Part shown: one piece after another, positions 47,143-57,671 of the stretch
Numbering within the stretch: the stretch's first letter is position 1
Layout of the letters: every line of letters starts with the position of its first letter
Sequence record: phage_1
Reading direction: 5' to 3' (one strand)
Length of the DNA stretch: 64,000 nt
Program-made: the position numbers and the translations under genes
The notes under the pieces: model-generated
What the model was told of the DNA's origin: nothing
The model's input: only the letters and a program-made list of their open reading frames with translations
The model's database searches: none

Positions 47143-47532
47143 ATGAAAATCGCAGAGGGGTTAGTAGATGCGTGCAGAGACCCATTCACGCTATGGGTTC
47201 TTTGTGGCTTGCGCCGAGACGATCGTTTCGGTGAGTTTGTTCGAAATCCAGATGCTTTACTAAGCTTCGTAGAAAGCGAGGAGAAGCGTTTAGAGGAGAT
47301 TAAAGAGGAAAGTAGTACCCTTACACCAGATATGGTGGTTTATAGCCGTATGACGTCACACAGGTGGCGTACGACCCATCGGCTGAAGGGAACCTCAATG
47401 AAGGAATTGATTGAAGGGTTATCAAAGGCGCTTTCGTCTGATAACATTATCTGGCCGGTGGTGTATACCAACGAAGACCATTCTGATAACGTGAAGGTTA
47501 CACTGACACGTTGTTATCACACATTCTCGTAG
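47143..47532 (+). CDS. Hypothetical protein, 129 aa
   Basis: AAGGA SD. Confidence 0.7.
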   Translation: MKIAEGLVDACRDPFTLWVLCGLRRDDRFGEFVRNPDALLSFVESEEKRLEEIKEESSTLTPDMVVYSRMTSHRWRTTHRLKGTSMKELIEGLSKALSSDNIIWPVVYTNEDHSDNVKVTLTRCYHTFS

Positions 47533-47566
47533 TAGTTAATCGACCATTATCGTAAGGAATATTTAC

Positions 47567-48238
47567 ATGCAGGGCACTGAACTCAACAAACTTTGGGAAA
47601 AACTGGTTCGTCAATTCCGCGACTTCTATCGTTATACCGATAGTGCGCATCGCATGGATCACATCAACTCAGTTAAATCAAATGCGATTCGTATCGCGTA
47701 TATGCTTGGGCAAACCGAACACCTGAAGCTGATACTGATTGCGGTGGCAGCTCACGATATCTTCTCTACCAAAGAAGACCGTGCGTCGCACCACATCAAA
47801 GGGTATAGCTGGATACTGGATAACAAGCCAGTGCTCAAACGTAAGTATAAACTTACCGATGATGAATGTTTGACGATTGCCCATGCAGTCTTAGAACACC
47901 GCAGTTCTCACAAAGGGAACTACAACGGGATTGTCTCTGAGATAGTTGCCGCAGCTGACCGTGGCATACCGTCTGTAGATGACGTGAGTAATTACATGCA
48001 CCGTTCTTATCTGTTTGCCCGTGAACAGGGTAAAAGTAAAGGCGATGCAAAATTCCATGCCGTTGGTCACGTCCAACAGAAGTTCGGACGCAACGGTGTT
48101 AGTAATATCCCTAGTTGGTACGGTACGCTCTTCGCAGAGCGCATTCTGGAACGCAGGGATTTCGTGGAGCAGCTAGATATTAGCTATTTCACAGATACCA
48201 TTATCGATGACCTCGAAGCTCGTCTTTCTCATAACTGA
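47567..48238 (+). CDS. HD-domain metal-dependent phosphohydrolase
   Basis: HRMDH...AAHDI...HH...LEHR...AADR follows the H...HD...H...H...D pattern. Confidence 0.85.
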   Translation: MQGTELNKLWEKLVRQFRDFYRYTDSAHRMDHINSVKSNAIRIAYMLGQTEHLKLILIAVAAHDIFSTKEDRASHHIKGYSWILDNKPVLKRKYKLTDDECLTIAHAVLEHRSSHKGNYNGIVSEIVAAADRGIPSVDDVSNYMHRSYLFAREQGKSKGDAKFHAVGHVQQKFGRNGVSNIPSWYGTLFAERILERRDFVEQLDISYFTDTIIDDLEARLSHN

Positions 48239-48258
48239 TCATAGGGAGTTTACCGAAA

Positions 48259-48753
48259 ATGAAAATGGCACAAGTAACATCTATTAAAGAATTGAACAAA
48301 ATGATTGCTGAATTAGAATCTCCGGCAGCAACTCTTTCAGACGATCTTGCGCTCAATGCTGAGCCGCTCGTCGAGCTATATACTTCCACGCTCCCCGTAA
48401 CGAAAGTGGGCGATGTGGACTATCGTTTCACGCTGGAAGACGCGGATGCGCTGCGTCAGCACGACGCAAACTTCACTGAACTGTTTGGTGGTGTTGCCGG
48501 TGGTCTGATTGCCGAACGTGCAAAAGCGGACAGCGATGTCGGTGCACTGGACTTAACGCTCGATATCGGCAACGCAGCATTCTCTACCGTGTTCTCTCGC
48601 CCGGTTACTGAAAACCCAACTCAGAAAGAATGGGCAGCGTCCATCTCTTACGGTTTCGGTTCTCCGAAGNNTAAGGNGTTGGAAGGCAAACNGCGTAAAG
48701 AGTTTGCCAAATCCATGATGGCAACTGATGAAGAAGACGAAGACGACGAATAA
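48259..48753 (+). CDS. Hypothetical protein, 164 aa, with an acidic tail (DEEDEDDE)
   Basis: GGGAG SD; strongly biased codon usage by eye. Confidence 0.75.
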   Translation: MKMAQVTSIKELNKMIAELESPAATLSDDLALNAEPLVELYTSTLPVTKVGDVDYRFTLEDADALRQHDANFTELFGGVAGGLIAERAKADSDVGALDLTLDIGNAAFSTVFSRPVTENPTQKEWAASISYGFGSPKXKXLEGKXRKEFAKSMMATDEEDEDDE

Positions 48754-48956
48754 TGATTCCGTCCAGCCCAAAGGAACTCGCTGAGCTACTCGGGGCTAAA
48801 GTGGAGTGCCATCCTAATGTGAATCCGGCTACTGGGTTACGTTGGGATGGTACCATTGCGCCACACGAGGAAATCGGTCTCACCGTCACCTTCCCTAAAC
48901 CCATGCCGAAGCCGCTGCAGTTAGAAGGGCTTGCTTCGCTATACGGTCGGAAGTAG
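48753..48956 (+). CDS. Hypothetical protein, 67 aa
   Basis: TAATG coupling with the upstream gene; terminator follows. Confidence 0.6.
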   Translation: MIPSSPKELAELLGAKVECHPNVNPATGLRWDGTIAPHEEIGLTVTFPKPMPKPLQLEGLASLYGRK

Positions 48957-48963
48957 TAAACAA

Positions 48964-48997
48964 TGGGGTGGTCTTATGACTGCCCTATTTTTTTTTT
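48964..48997 (+). terminator. Intrinsic terminator
   Basis: GGGGTGGTC-TTAT-GACTGCCCT followed by a long T-tract. Confidence 0.7.
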
Positions 48998-49012
48998 GAT
49001 TTTGGAGCTACA

Positions 49013-49555
49013 ATGAAGCAACTTAATACTCTCGGTCAGGATGATATCAAACCGATTCCATCTGATATGAAACGTGAAGACATTATTCGCCACATCAATC
49101 AGATCGGTGACGTGTTTACGTTGTCCATGAAAGCTATACTGGAAGATGCTTTCGAAACCATTGCCGAATATCCGGTTGAGATTATTCCGCACACCATCAA
49201 CGGCTACCAGCGTTTTCTCGACACGATCACCAAAGGTAGTAGCGGTCGTATTATCGCGGGCTTTATCATCCGCTTTAAGTGCCTGTTGCAAGTAGAGCTG
49301 GGTGACGATGTACTCCGTCGGCTGGAACACGAACTCATTAGCATGTCCGCCAACGACATTCTCGCGGCAGAATCAGGACAAGGTTATAAAGACGGGATGT
49401 CTCTCTGGAAGATTGCCCACCCTGACTTGGGCGATGTTCAACCGCCGTCTGAATTCGATGTGCTTGTAACTTATCTGTTATTGCTGCAAATCAAGAACTT
49501 GTTGATTCGTGCCAATGCGCAGCGTGAAATCGATGCTGGTCAACCGAAAAAATAA
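49013..49555 (+). CDS. Hypothetical protein, 180 aa
   Basis: GGAG SD. Confidence 0.75.
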   Translation: MKQLNTLGQDDIKPIPSDMKREDIIRHINQIGDVFTLSMKAILEDAFETIAEYPVEIIPHTINGYQRFLDTITKGSSGRIIAGFIIRFKCLLQVELGDDVLRRLEHELISMSANDILAAESGQGYKDGMSLWKIAHPDLGDVQPPSEFDVLVTYLLLLQIKNLLIRANAQREIDAGQPKK

Positions 49556-49602
49556 AACGTACCTCTCTCCAAATGGAGAGAGGTAACGCTTGTTTTTTTT
49601 TT
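49547..49602. terminator. Bidirectional intrinsic terminator
   Basis: ACCTCTCTCC-AAAT-GGAGAGAGGT with A- and T-tracts between convergent genes. Confidence 0.85.
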
Positions 49603-49605
49603 GTC

Positions 49606-50481
49606 TTAGCGCATCTGGTTGGCCATCTGCTCGTCGGAGACAGAGTTGTAGCCACCTGGGGTTGCGTTGACGTCCGGGTTGATACCATCGGTCTGCTGAG
49701 ACGGAGTAAGCCACAGTTTGCGTTCGTAAGGACGCAGACCGTACAGCTTCATACGATCCAGCTCTTTCGCAGCGGCCTGCATCGGACCCCAACCTGTCCA
49801 TTGCTGGGNGGTAAAGGCGATTGACAGTTCGTTAATCTGCGGACCGGTGTTGGTTTCACGCTCACCNATATCCTGGCCAGCGGTTTCCGGAATCATGTTC
49901 GTTAACCACCACGCGTTCTGCGGTTTACGCTGATACGCATCTGGCTCGATGAACAGCACGGTCATGCTGTACATATCCGGCAGGTGGTCAGGAACGTTCG
50001 GGTTGATTGCGGCCAGGCCTGGGTGACCAGTCTGGGGATCACAAACACCGTAAACCAGCCACGCCCACAGCATGTTTTGGTACACCTTCCCGAGTTTATC
50101 CGGGGTGGTGAAGGTAACAGAGGACAGTGCTTCCGTTACCAGACCAGCTTCATACTGGGTACGGTTGTTACGACCCTGCTGAGTTTCAACAGCCGCATGG
50201 CTCAGGGTTTTATCCAGGCCAGTAATCTCGGAGTGAACCTCGATAAAGGACTTGATAGCCTGACGCCACATCTGCGGGTTCGGCATGTAATCCACCCAAC
50301 GAGGGAATTCCATGACGCGCGCGATGACGTTACGACGCAGACGAGAGGCGTTAGTAACGAACTTGCCAACCTGTCCAACCGGGCCGTTTTGGCCCGAGGA
50401 GAACGCGTTGACCATATCGTACTGGCCGCCGTCGACGTGCAGACCCTGATCAGGCAAAATGAGACGATCTTTGATTGCCAT
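49606..50481 (-). CDS. Tail tube protein (phiKZ gp30-like), 291 aa
   Basis: Directly downstream of the sheath gene; size and beta-rich character fit. Confidence 0.8.
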   Translation of the reverse strand: MAIKDRLILPDQGLHVDGGQYDMVNAFSSGQNGPVGQVGKFVTNASRLRRNVIARVMEFPRWVDYMPNPQMWRQAIKSFIEVHSEITGLDKTLSHAAVETQQGRNNRTQYEAGLVTEALSSVTFTTPDKLGKVYQNMLWAWLVYGVCDPQTGHPGLAAINPNVPDHLPDMYSMTVLFIEPDAYQRKPQNAWWLTNMIPETAGQDXGERETNTGPQINELSIAFTXQQWTGWGPMQAAAKELDRMKLYGLRPYERKLWLTPSQQTDGINPDVNATPGGYNSVSDEQMANQMR

Positions 50482-50484
50482 CTA

Positions 50485-52530
50485 TTAGCTCTCCCGACGG
50501 TAAACTTTGATAGTGGTGTTGAACTGGGTGAGCAGCACACCGCCTTCAGCGATCAGGTCCAGCGTCACAGAGTAACCATTGGATTTATCGTCTGCAGTGA
50601 AGTACGCCTTCGGAGTGACGACAGCAACGTTATCGAGACGGCCTTCCAGACGTTCGATAATTTTGTTCTCAATCATCTTCGCACGTTCATCATCCGTCAT
50701 GGCCGCTTCGCCAGACATGTCCGCCCATACACGGTCGGAAACACGATAGACGTAGGTCATCATGAAGTTGAACAGGGCGTTGTTCAGTACAGAACGATCT
50801 TCGCTGTAGATTGACTGAATCGCCGGAATGAACAAGCGATAGTAGTCGTAGGAACGGGCAGTGATCAGCGACACATCCCAGTCAGACGCATACACTTCGT
50901 TGCCTTTCCACGGCATACTCAGGTCAGTCAGATCTTCGATAATCGTCAGTTCGCCACGGCTGAAACGATAAGCCGGTTTTGCACGACCGTCGCCTGCACC
51001 CAGGTACTTCGAGAAGAAGTTCGCCAGGGAGTAGTTCATCGGAACAGGCTTCTTGTAGGAAGAGTTCTTGATGAACGCCGATTGGCCGGTGACCATACCA
51101 CGTGCAGCCGGAGTGCCGTAATAGGCAGATTCCGGTACCGCTGTGATCAATTCGATCAGGGCGATTTTTGNACTTTCTTCTGTCTGCTCATCGTTACGGC
51201 CTTGGCTGTAAACGTGAGTCGCCAGCGTCAAGAAGGTGTTACGTGAACGACCGATGAAGTTCACGAGCGCAGCTTTAGTATCGAAGCTAAAGCCAGAGTC
51301 CCAGAAACAACCCAGCGAGTATTTCAGCTCGTTGTCGTAACGGACTTTACCGCCATCCGGGAACAGCAGCATTTCACGGCGAACGAGTTCGTCGTAAACG
51401 TCGTTGTTCATGGTACCATCGCTACCACCTTGCAGGTAGTGGATGTTGGATGCGGAGAACACAACTTTACCGGTTTCAGTAGCCGGGTTTACCTGAAGAC
51501 CATCGTAAGGCTGGCCCAGTAAATCATAGCCGCCAAAGATGTCAACCATATACGGGTCAGCAGGCGCATCAGTTGTGATAGCGGCCTGAGCCAAGCCCAG
51601 TACAGTTTCCAGGTTCTCGCGATACAGATAGAACTGCTCGAAAGGACCATAATCTGGCAGCTCGCCAATGTCAGGCATCGTCTGACGATATGCATCCGCA
51701 ACAACAACTTCGAAGTCGAGTTGCGTTCTCATCGGCTGATAGTATGCATCGGGCTTAAAGCTAAAATTGATGCTACTCATGCCAGTGAGAGTTTTCCACA
51801 CTACCGGAGAAGTCACGCCTGCCAGGGTTTCGAACCATTGCAGGGTGTAAACACGACCACCGACTTCATTTTGATAGGAGGAGGTCAGAGCCGGGCTGGA
51901 TTTCTCGCTGAGTGGGATCAGTTTGAAACCGAAACCGTTGACGTCAGCACCCGCATACGGGCCTGCGATATCGAACAACGGATACAGCTTCGATTTCGTG
52001 CCGCCTTCGCCAGTCATCGTCCCCTCGATAACCACACCTGCGCCGATGGCCGGGGTAGTTTCGTCGATTACGACAGAACGGAAGACGATTACCAAACCGT
52101 CAACTTGTTCTTTGATCTTGGGCTTGCCCGAGTTGTCGTACTGAACGATCCCGTTGCTGTCGCGTTCGTAGGACGGAACTTTCGTTTCGAGTACGTCGGC
52201 GAATACGCGAACACTTGCGGTTTTCGCATCTTCAGGGATCAAGCGCTGATACATACACTCGTTTGCGTTAGCGTTGAACATCGCCTGATAGGGCGTGTTG
52301 AACGTCGCGTAGGGGCCTCGCAAGTCAAAGACATTGCGACCAAGCAGAGACAGTGCATTATCCCCGGTTAACGGGAACGCCTCGTTGTCTACCCCGCGCG
52401 CGGCAAAGGTGAAGATCAGCGGCTTATGAATTGCGTCACCCGTAGGGGTACGCNCAAGCTCGGGGACAGAGTTATCCTGCCAACCTTGCTTGTTATTCAA
52501 CGGCGCGCCGTTTCGTGGAATAAAAGTCAT
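50485..52530 (-). CDS. Contractile tail sheath protein (phiKZ gp29-like), 681 aa
   Basis: LQGGSDG, FWDSGF and C-terminal sheath-like domain; sheath-tube order next to the terminase block. Confidence 0.85.
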   Translation of the reverse strand: MTFIPRNGAPLNNKQGWQDNSVPELXRTPTGDAIHKPLIFTFAARGVDNEAFPLTGDNALSLLGRNVFDLRGPYATFNTPYQAMFNANANECMYQRLIPEDAKTASVRVFADVLETKVPSYERDSNGIVQYDNSGKPKIKEQVDGLVIVFRSVVIDETTPAIGAGVVIEGTMTGEGGTKSKLYPLFDIAGPYAGADVNGFGFKLIPLSEKSSPALTSSYQNEVGGRVYTLQWFETLAGVTSPVVWKTLTGMSSINFSFKPDAYYQPMRTQLDFEVVVADAYRQTMPDIGELPDYGPFEQFYLYRENLETVLGLAQAAITTDAPADPYMVDIFGGYDLLGQPYDGLQVNPATETGKVVFSASNIHYLQGGSDGTMNNDVYDELVRREMLLFPDGGKVRYDNELKYSLGCFWDSGFSFDTKAALVNFIGRSRNTFLTLATHVYSQGRNDEQTEESXKIALIELITAVPESAYYGTPAARGMVTGQSAFIKNSSYKKPVPMNYSLANFFSKYLGAGDGRAKPAYRFSRGELTIIEDLTDLSMPWKGNEVYASDWDVSLITARSYDYYRLFIPAIQSIYSEDRSVLNNALFNFMMTYVYRVSDRVWADMSGEAAMTDDERAKMIENKIIERLEGRLDNVAVVTPKAYFTADDKSNGYSVTLDLIAEGGVLLTQFNTTIKVYRRES

Positions 52531-52587
52531 GGAACGTCTCCATATATTCGTCTTAAAGACCTGATGGTCATACTAAGGATCATACTC

Positions 52588-53493
52588 ATGGCACTCGAAA
52601 ACGCTTACAGCGGTAATCCCTTTAATGCACTTGACCTTACTCGCACCAAGGCAGACCTGGAATTAGCCCGTAAACTTAACCAAACTGTCGCACAGTCCGA
52701 TGAAGTTCATTACGTTGTTGAGACCGCTGATGTAAAACCGTTTCCTTTGCCGATTGTTATCGGCGACGACGTTTATGTATACGCAGCCACGTTTACCACG
52801 CTGGATAAGACCAACGAGCTAAAAATACGAAACCCAGTCGAACACGCATTGCGTCTCGACCAGGCTCGCTGGGAATTGGTGTGGAAACGGAGTAATGGTA
52901 AGCTTGCTGCACTGATGGCACAGATGCCCTACCACCATGAGATTTTCAGCAAATGGGTGTCGGATGCGATTACCCACACGTTTGCACTTGCTCCATATCA
53001 AAGTGGGCAAATCAAAGCGTTGGCTGCATTGTTCTCTGTGGGACAGTTCTATAATCACGTCGAAGATGATGTGAAAGCTTTACGTTTGCAGCAGATGCTG
53101 GAGCAACAATTAGGCTTACCTGCGGAACTGTTTGAATCAGTGACAGGCCACACAGAATATCTTTTCCCGCGTAATATCGCAGAATTCGTCGAAATGGTGC
53201 AGGCTGCAGATATCACTCCGCGGGTGCGTGACCTGAGCATTCTGTCTCTGCAGCAGATGTTGAATACCAGCTTCTTCGGGGTGAGTTATGAAAAACAACT
53301 CGCTACTAGCGCCATCGAATATCCGCCTAGTCTCTTCGTTATGATTAAGGCTTGTCTGGATAATAACATGTTTAACCGCAGTCGGTTAGGTGGGATTGTG
53401 AAGAAGTCAGACACCGCTAAGAAACGCGATAAGTTTGAATTCACCTACAACCTTCTGATGAATCAAAACACCAAACCACTGAACATCAAGTAA
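52588..53493 (+). CDS. Putative virion structural protein, 301 aa
   Basis: AAGGA SD supports ATG 52588; the track start overlaps the sheath gene. Conserved position before terL. Confidence 0.6.
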   Translation: MALENAYSGNPFNALDLTRTKADLELARKLNQTVAQSDEVHYVVETADVKPFPLPIVIGDDVYVYAATFTTLDKTNELKIRNPVEHALRLDQARWELVWKRSNGKLAALMAQMPYHHEIFSKWVSDAITHTFALAPYQSGQIKALAALFSVGQFYNHVEDDVKALRLQQMLEQQLGLPAELFESVTGHTEYLFPRNIAEFVEMVQAADITPRVRDLSILSLQQMLNTSFFGVSYEKQLATSAIEYPPSLFVMIKACLDNNMFNRSRLGGIVKKSDTAKKRDKFEFTYNLLMNQNTKPLNIK

Positions 53494-53503
53494 GAGGCCC
53501 ACT

Positions 53504-56017
53504 ATGGAGAACTGGCTGGTCGCTCACGCCGTTAAAAATGCGTGGCAGCGTCCGTACCTCGATGGGGTGTTGAACATTGCGCCTTTTCGATTAACTGAAA
53601 AGACCGGAGCGATCGGGTTTTTCAAGCACGGGCGTAATCCGATTCCTTNACNGGGCGNGGGGTGGTGGNACGCGTTTGTAATTGACAAGCTCCACCTCAA
53701 CTACGGCAACTTGAGTATCCCTCCTGAGCGCTGGAAGAAACTTACTACGTGTGTAAATAACTTCCATGCGTGGATGCAGGTGTACAACGAAGATGGGACA
53801 ATTATCCCGTCGAACTCTGTGTATTTCTGGCGGACACTCTCTGGTCAGATTTACATGGCGATTCCGCAAACGGAACGCTACAAGTGGTTAGACGACACGC
53901 CGTGTTATCTACGCATTTATGCTGGTAATGATGGCGGCGAAAACGCTCCTGTTGTTAAACCGACGTTCATCGAACCGTATAATCCGCCGAACCCACAACA
54001 GATCCAGATCGTCTTAGACCGTTATAATCTGTTGAAAGGCCAGAAAATCGGCTATGTCGATTTCTGGGTAAACGGAAAGATGATTGCTGATCCTAAGCCC
54101 GCGGATATCAAAGCATGGGATGATGTTGAAATTCGTGTCGACGGCCGCATTCGTCGTGTAATTGAATACCGTTGTGGGGATTTGCAAACGTTCTACTCAA
54201 CGCTTGACCAAACACGAAAATACCTGCTGCACATTCCAAAAGGGGATGGCATTTGGATTTTCAACAACGACTGTGAAATTCAGTTGTTGTGGAAAGGCGA
54301 AGGGCGTTACTACCACCGCCACCGTCATCAGGCCGTGCGTCAATTGACGTGGAACGATATATCGATTCCGTCGATGCGGATTTCGAAATACCGCACCGCT
54401 TTCACTAACCCAATGAATGATATCGACGAACTAACGATTCGTTTATTGATACGTGACGATTTCCTTGACCTGAAGCCGTTGTATAACTCCACCCACACAC
54501 ATGACCTCTATCGTCTTAGTGACGAGCAGATCATCGGTGCGATGGTGGGGGCAAACTCCAACGTACCAGAGTGGACCGCAGCAGCGCTCGAGGAATCGGC
54601 AGCGAATCGGTTAGCGGCAGCCAAACTCCGGAACATCACACGCGATCTCTGCACTGATGCGTACGGCTACAATGCCGCCGCACGTTACAGTGCCGACACT
54701 CCACAGCGTCTGGAACTTACATCCGGTGGCTATCGCGGTACTTTGCCCGACTTACTGGCAACGCTGTCAACTGTATACGAGTACGATGCCGATGGGTTGC
54801 TGTTAGAACATCACCGTAATGCAGGCTACGATGTTTACATCCCTCGCAATCCAGAAGCACGAATCATCGAGGCTATTGCGGGTGAAGTCTCGGATGCGGT
54901 GAAGATTGTTGACAACGCTCCTGACTTTGAAATTGAGCCAGGTTCAAACGTTGGGTTGTGGATTCGAATGGTCATCGGGGAAGTTCCAACCAACGACTAC
55001 TACAAAGCCGAGGAAGGAACGGATTATACTCGCGACGGAAATAAAATCACCTGGACCGTAGATCGGACACGACGTCACCCGACAGTGATTTACGACGACT
55101 TCCATCTGTTCTTCGAAGTGGATGTTAAGGTGTCGGAAGGTCAGATACGTATTCCGATTGTAGCACGCAACCAAGACGGGCAGCAGCGCACGCTGTGGCT
55201 ACCGATGGAAACGGTTGAAGTGTGGTTGAACAACCACCCACTGGTGCACGGTATCGATTACCACACCCGCTGGCCGGAAATTGTGGNGGTTTGTAAAGCG
55301 TGGATGGCGGACGGGGATACAAATAAAGTCTCAGTGCGTTGTCGTGGCGTGACCGGTGAACTCCGTATTCCTAAACATGGTTTCGTGTCAAGCGGACTGC
55401 TGTCTAATAACAGCCAGTTTGATTGCCGTGACGACAAAGTGATTCGTGTCGTGGGTGGCGGCTCACTGCTATTGCGTGACGAAGTCGTGTTCCGTGAAGA
55501 CAACACTGTAGGTGTTGACATCGTGCAAGACGGGTTCCCATACTCGGTCGACGATCCGACTATTCCGTTGCGGACGCTGGTAAGCGGCGATACGTACGAC
55601 TTGCGCGACACNNCCCGTNNTTTNGNCACNCNCGTCGAGGCTTACCTGTCTAACTGGTTCCCGACACCTCCGCCGGTTAACCCGGTACCGTTGCCGTATC
55701 TGTATCACCTCTATTCGCCAACCCTGAACAAAATCTTGTGGGACTACTTGCAAGGTATTCTGATTCTGCGGGAAGACGATCCGGAGTATCGTATCTCGAC
55801 ATCACAGCTGGATGACATCATGGAGCGTTATAAAGACCTCCTGCCGTTTGACCCGGCCTATATCGGTTACGATAAAGCGTTTGTGAAACTGCATCCGCAT
55901 GTGAAGTACGAAACGGTAGAAATCAACGAACTTGGCTTTGCCTTCTTAGACCGCGTCAATGAACGTTATCTGAATGGCGAAGTGCAGCTTAATCAGTATC
56001 TGATAATCAAGGGTTAA
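53504..56017 (+). CDS. Putative virion structural (baseplate) protein, 837 aa
   Basis: GAGG SD; synteny with the phiKZ gp27-like position. Confidence 0.6.
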   Translation: MENWLVAHAVKNAWQRPYLDGVLNIAPFRLTEKTGAIGFFKHGRNPIPXXGXGWWXAFVIDKLHLNYGNLSIPPERWKKLTTCVNNFHAWMQVYNEDGTIIPSNSVYFWRTLSGQIYMAIPQTERYKWLDDTPCYLRIYAGNDGGENAPVVKPTFIEPYNPPNPQQIQIVLDRYNLLKGQKIGYVDFWVNGKMIADPKPADIKAWDDVEIRVDGRIRRVIEYRCGDLQTFYSTLDQTRKYLLHIPKGDGIWIFNNDCEIQLLWKGEGRYYHRHRHQAVRQLTWNDISIPSMRISKYRTAFTNPMNDIDELTIRLLIRDDFLDLKPLYNSTHTHDLYRLSDEQIIGAMVGANSNVPEWTAAALEESAANRLAAAKLRNITRDLCTDAYGYNAAARYSADTPQRLELTSGGYRGTLPDLLATLSTVYEYDADGLLLEHHRNAGYDVYIPRNPEARIIEAIAGEVSDAVKIVDNAPDFEIEPGSNVGLWIRMVIGEVPTNDYYKAEEGTDYTRDGNKITWTVDRTRRHPTVIYDDFHLFFEVDVKVSEGQIRIPIVARNQDGQQRTLWLPMETVEVWLNNHPLVHGIDYHTRWPEIVXVCKAWMADGDTNKVSVRCRGVTGELRIPKHGFVSSGLLSNNSQFDCRDDKVIRVVGGGSLLLRDEVVFREDNTVGVDIVQDGFPYSVDDPTIPLRTLVSGDTYDLRDXXRXXXXXVEAYLSNWFPTPPPVNPVPLPYLYHLYSPTLNKILWDYLQGILILREDDPEYRISTSQLDDIMERYKDLLPFDPAYIGYDKAFVKLHPHVKYETVEINELGFAFLDRVNERYLNGEVQLNQYLIIKG

Positions 56018-56019
56018 TC

Positions 56020-57663
56020 ATGGCGAAGATTGCGTCCAAATTAATCGACAAGGATCGCGGGTTCGAAGTCTGGGACCCGAGTGAATTGTACGAACCAAAC
56101 AAACCAACAGGTTACGTACCTAACCCACGTGACCTTATCGTGAACGACATGACCTCCGGCTTTGACCGCGTGGTTAGCGTAAACTATTCGGTACCGTCGT
56201 GGGAAACAGAACCGTTCGGTGGCGTTGGTGTGGCAAACCAAGACGGGCGTCTTAATGGTCACTACCCACTACGCTCTGACAGATATCGCGTCTACGTGGA
56301 CAGCACCAAACTTCCACCGACGATGGTTATCGATGATGCCGTCACTTTCAACGGTCCCGATATCGACGGTGTGCGTATCCTGCGTGGGTCATCTGTAAAC
56401 GATGATGCGGAAATCCTGTCTGGTTATTACAAAGACGGGGTTCTGAAAAAGAACTATCTGCCGGTGCAGACTATCAGTGCGGCTGACGCAGAAACTGTGG
56501 TGAAACAAGCGATTCCTGGGAGCTGTCTGGCTGAAGTCAGTAACGGTGAAGAGTGTACTTTCCTGGTTTACTCTGACACCGGTAACGTTGTTCAGATCGC
56601 CCACGGTCACATCATCAAGACCAATCTGGTGATGGCGCAAGAGACTCCGTCTCGCACTGTGCTAGGTATTAAACTGGTTTCACCGTTCCTGGTAGACGAC
56701 AATGGTACTACGCTGACGCTGCCGATTAACATCCCGCTGGAATCTATTCCGCTGTGGTGTGACATCCAGTACAGCGACGGAACCAAACGCCTACCTATCG
56801 ATGGTTCGCGTGTGAAGTTTAACGGTCTGCGTAACTCTGGTGCACATGACACGTTTTACATCGCTTCAAATGCCGGTAATGAGTTACCTTGCCAGTTAAG
56901 CTATCAGTTGGCTCGCGGTGAAACCTACGGTGGTACTGACATTGTTAAAGATACAATTGTCAAAGACTACACCGCTGTAACCGAAACAGTCGATGGTGCT
57001 TATTCCATGAAGCTGTTTGTGGTTCCGCGTTGGTTGGATGCGAACCGTGGTTATCGTCTGTCGTTCCTGCTGTACAACCTGACACGCGGCCAAGTCTACG
57101 ACGCGACCGCAAACATCCAGTACACCACAGGGACTACATTCGACCCACTATTGATGGGTGTGAAACAGCGTCTGAATGTGCAGGTGGATATCAGCAAAGT
57201 AAATCCACAATTCCGCGCTTTCATCCAGGCGCAGTCTTTCGCCATCACGTTAGTGAACCCAGGTAACGAGTTGAATACCAACTTCCTTATCGAATACCTG
57301 CCTGATGGGCTGGTCTACGGTAATGAAATTTGGGCGGAGTTCAAATACTCTAACGTCAACTACTCCACGCTGAACCTTCGTTGTGGTTGTGCCTCTAAAG
57401 CCGAGTGGCTTAAAGCGTTGTACGAGCCGATTTATCCGCTCTACGATCGTCGTAATGAATCTGAGGCTCCCGAGCCTACACACTTTGAGGTGCATGTCGG
57501 TGGTAAGGTTTACACCCACAGCATCGATGAGTGGTTAAATGAGCAAACGGTAGATTATCGTATCGCTCTGGACGATTCGTTAGTTATTCGCTGGATTCGT
57601 CGCACTCCTACGGATACGCTTAACCTCGCGGCTACGCCAATGCTGGCGCACCACATCGAGTAA
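56020..57663 (+). CDS. Putative virion structural (baseplate) protein, 547 aa
   Basis: Beta-rich; synteny with the phiKZ gp26-like position. Confidence 0.6.
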   Translation: MAKIASKLIDKDRGFEVWDPSELYEPNKPTGYVPNPRDLIVNDMTSGFDRVVSVNYSVPSWETEPFGGVGVANQDGRLNGHYPLRSDRYRVYVDSTKLPPTMVIDDAVTFNGPDIDGVRILRGSSVNDDAEILSGYYKDGVLKKNYLPVQTISAADAETVVKQAIPGSCLAEVSNGEECTFLVYSDTGNVVQIAHGHIIKTNLVMAQETPSRTVLGIKLVSPFLVDDNGTTLTLPINIPLESIPLWCDIQYSDGTKRLPIDGSRVKFNGLRNSGAHDTFYIASNAGNELPCQLSYQLARGETYGGTDIVKDTIVKDYTAVTETVDGAYSMKLFVVPRWLDANRGYRLSFLLYNLTRGQVYDATANIQYTTGTTFDPLLMGVKQRLNVQVDISKVNPQFRAFIQAQSFAITLVNPGNELNTNFLIEYLPDGLVYGNEIWAEFKYSNVNYSTLNLRCGCASKAEWLKALYEPIYPLYDRRNESEAPEPTHFEVHVGGKVYTHSIDEWLNEQTVDYRIALDDSLVIRWIRRTPTDTLNLAATPMLAHHIE

Positions 57664-57671
57664 CAAACCTT

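Noticed and set aside
49984-50814. 276-aa plus-strand ORF antisense to the tube and sheath genes
   Set aside because: No SD and no motif; it is a shadow of strongly codon-biased genes. The same applies to the many 60-195-aa antisense ORFs in the track (e.g. 34270-34818, 40340-40927, 51721-52371).
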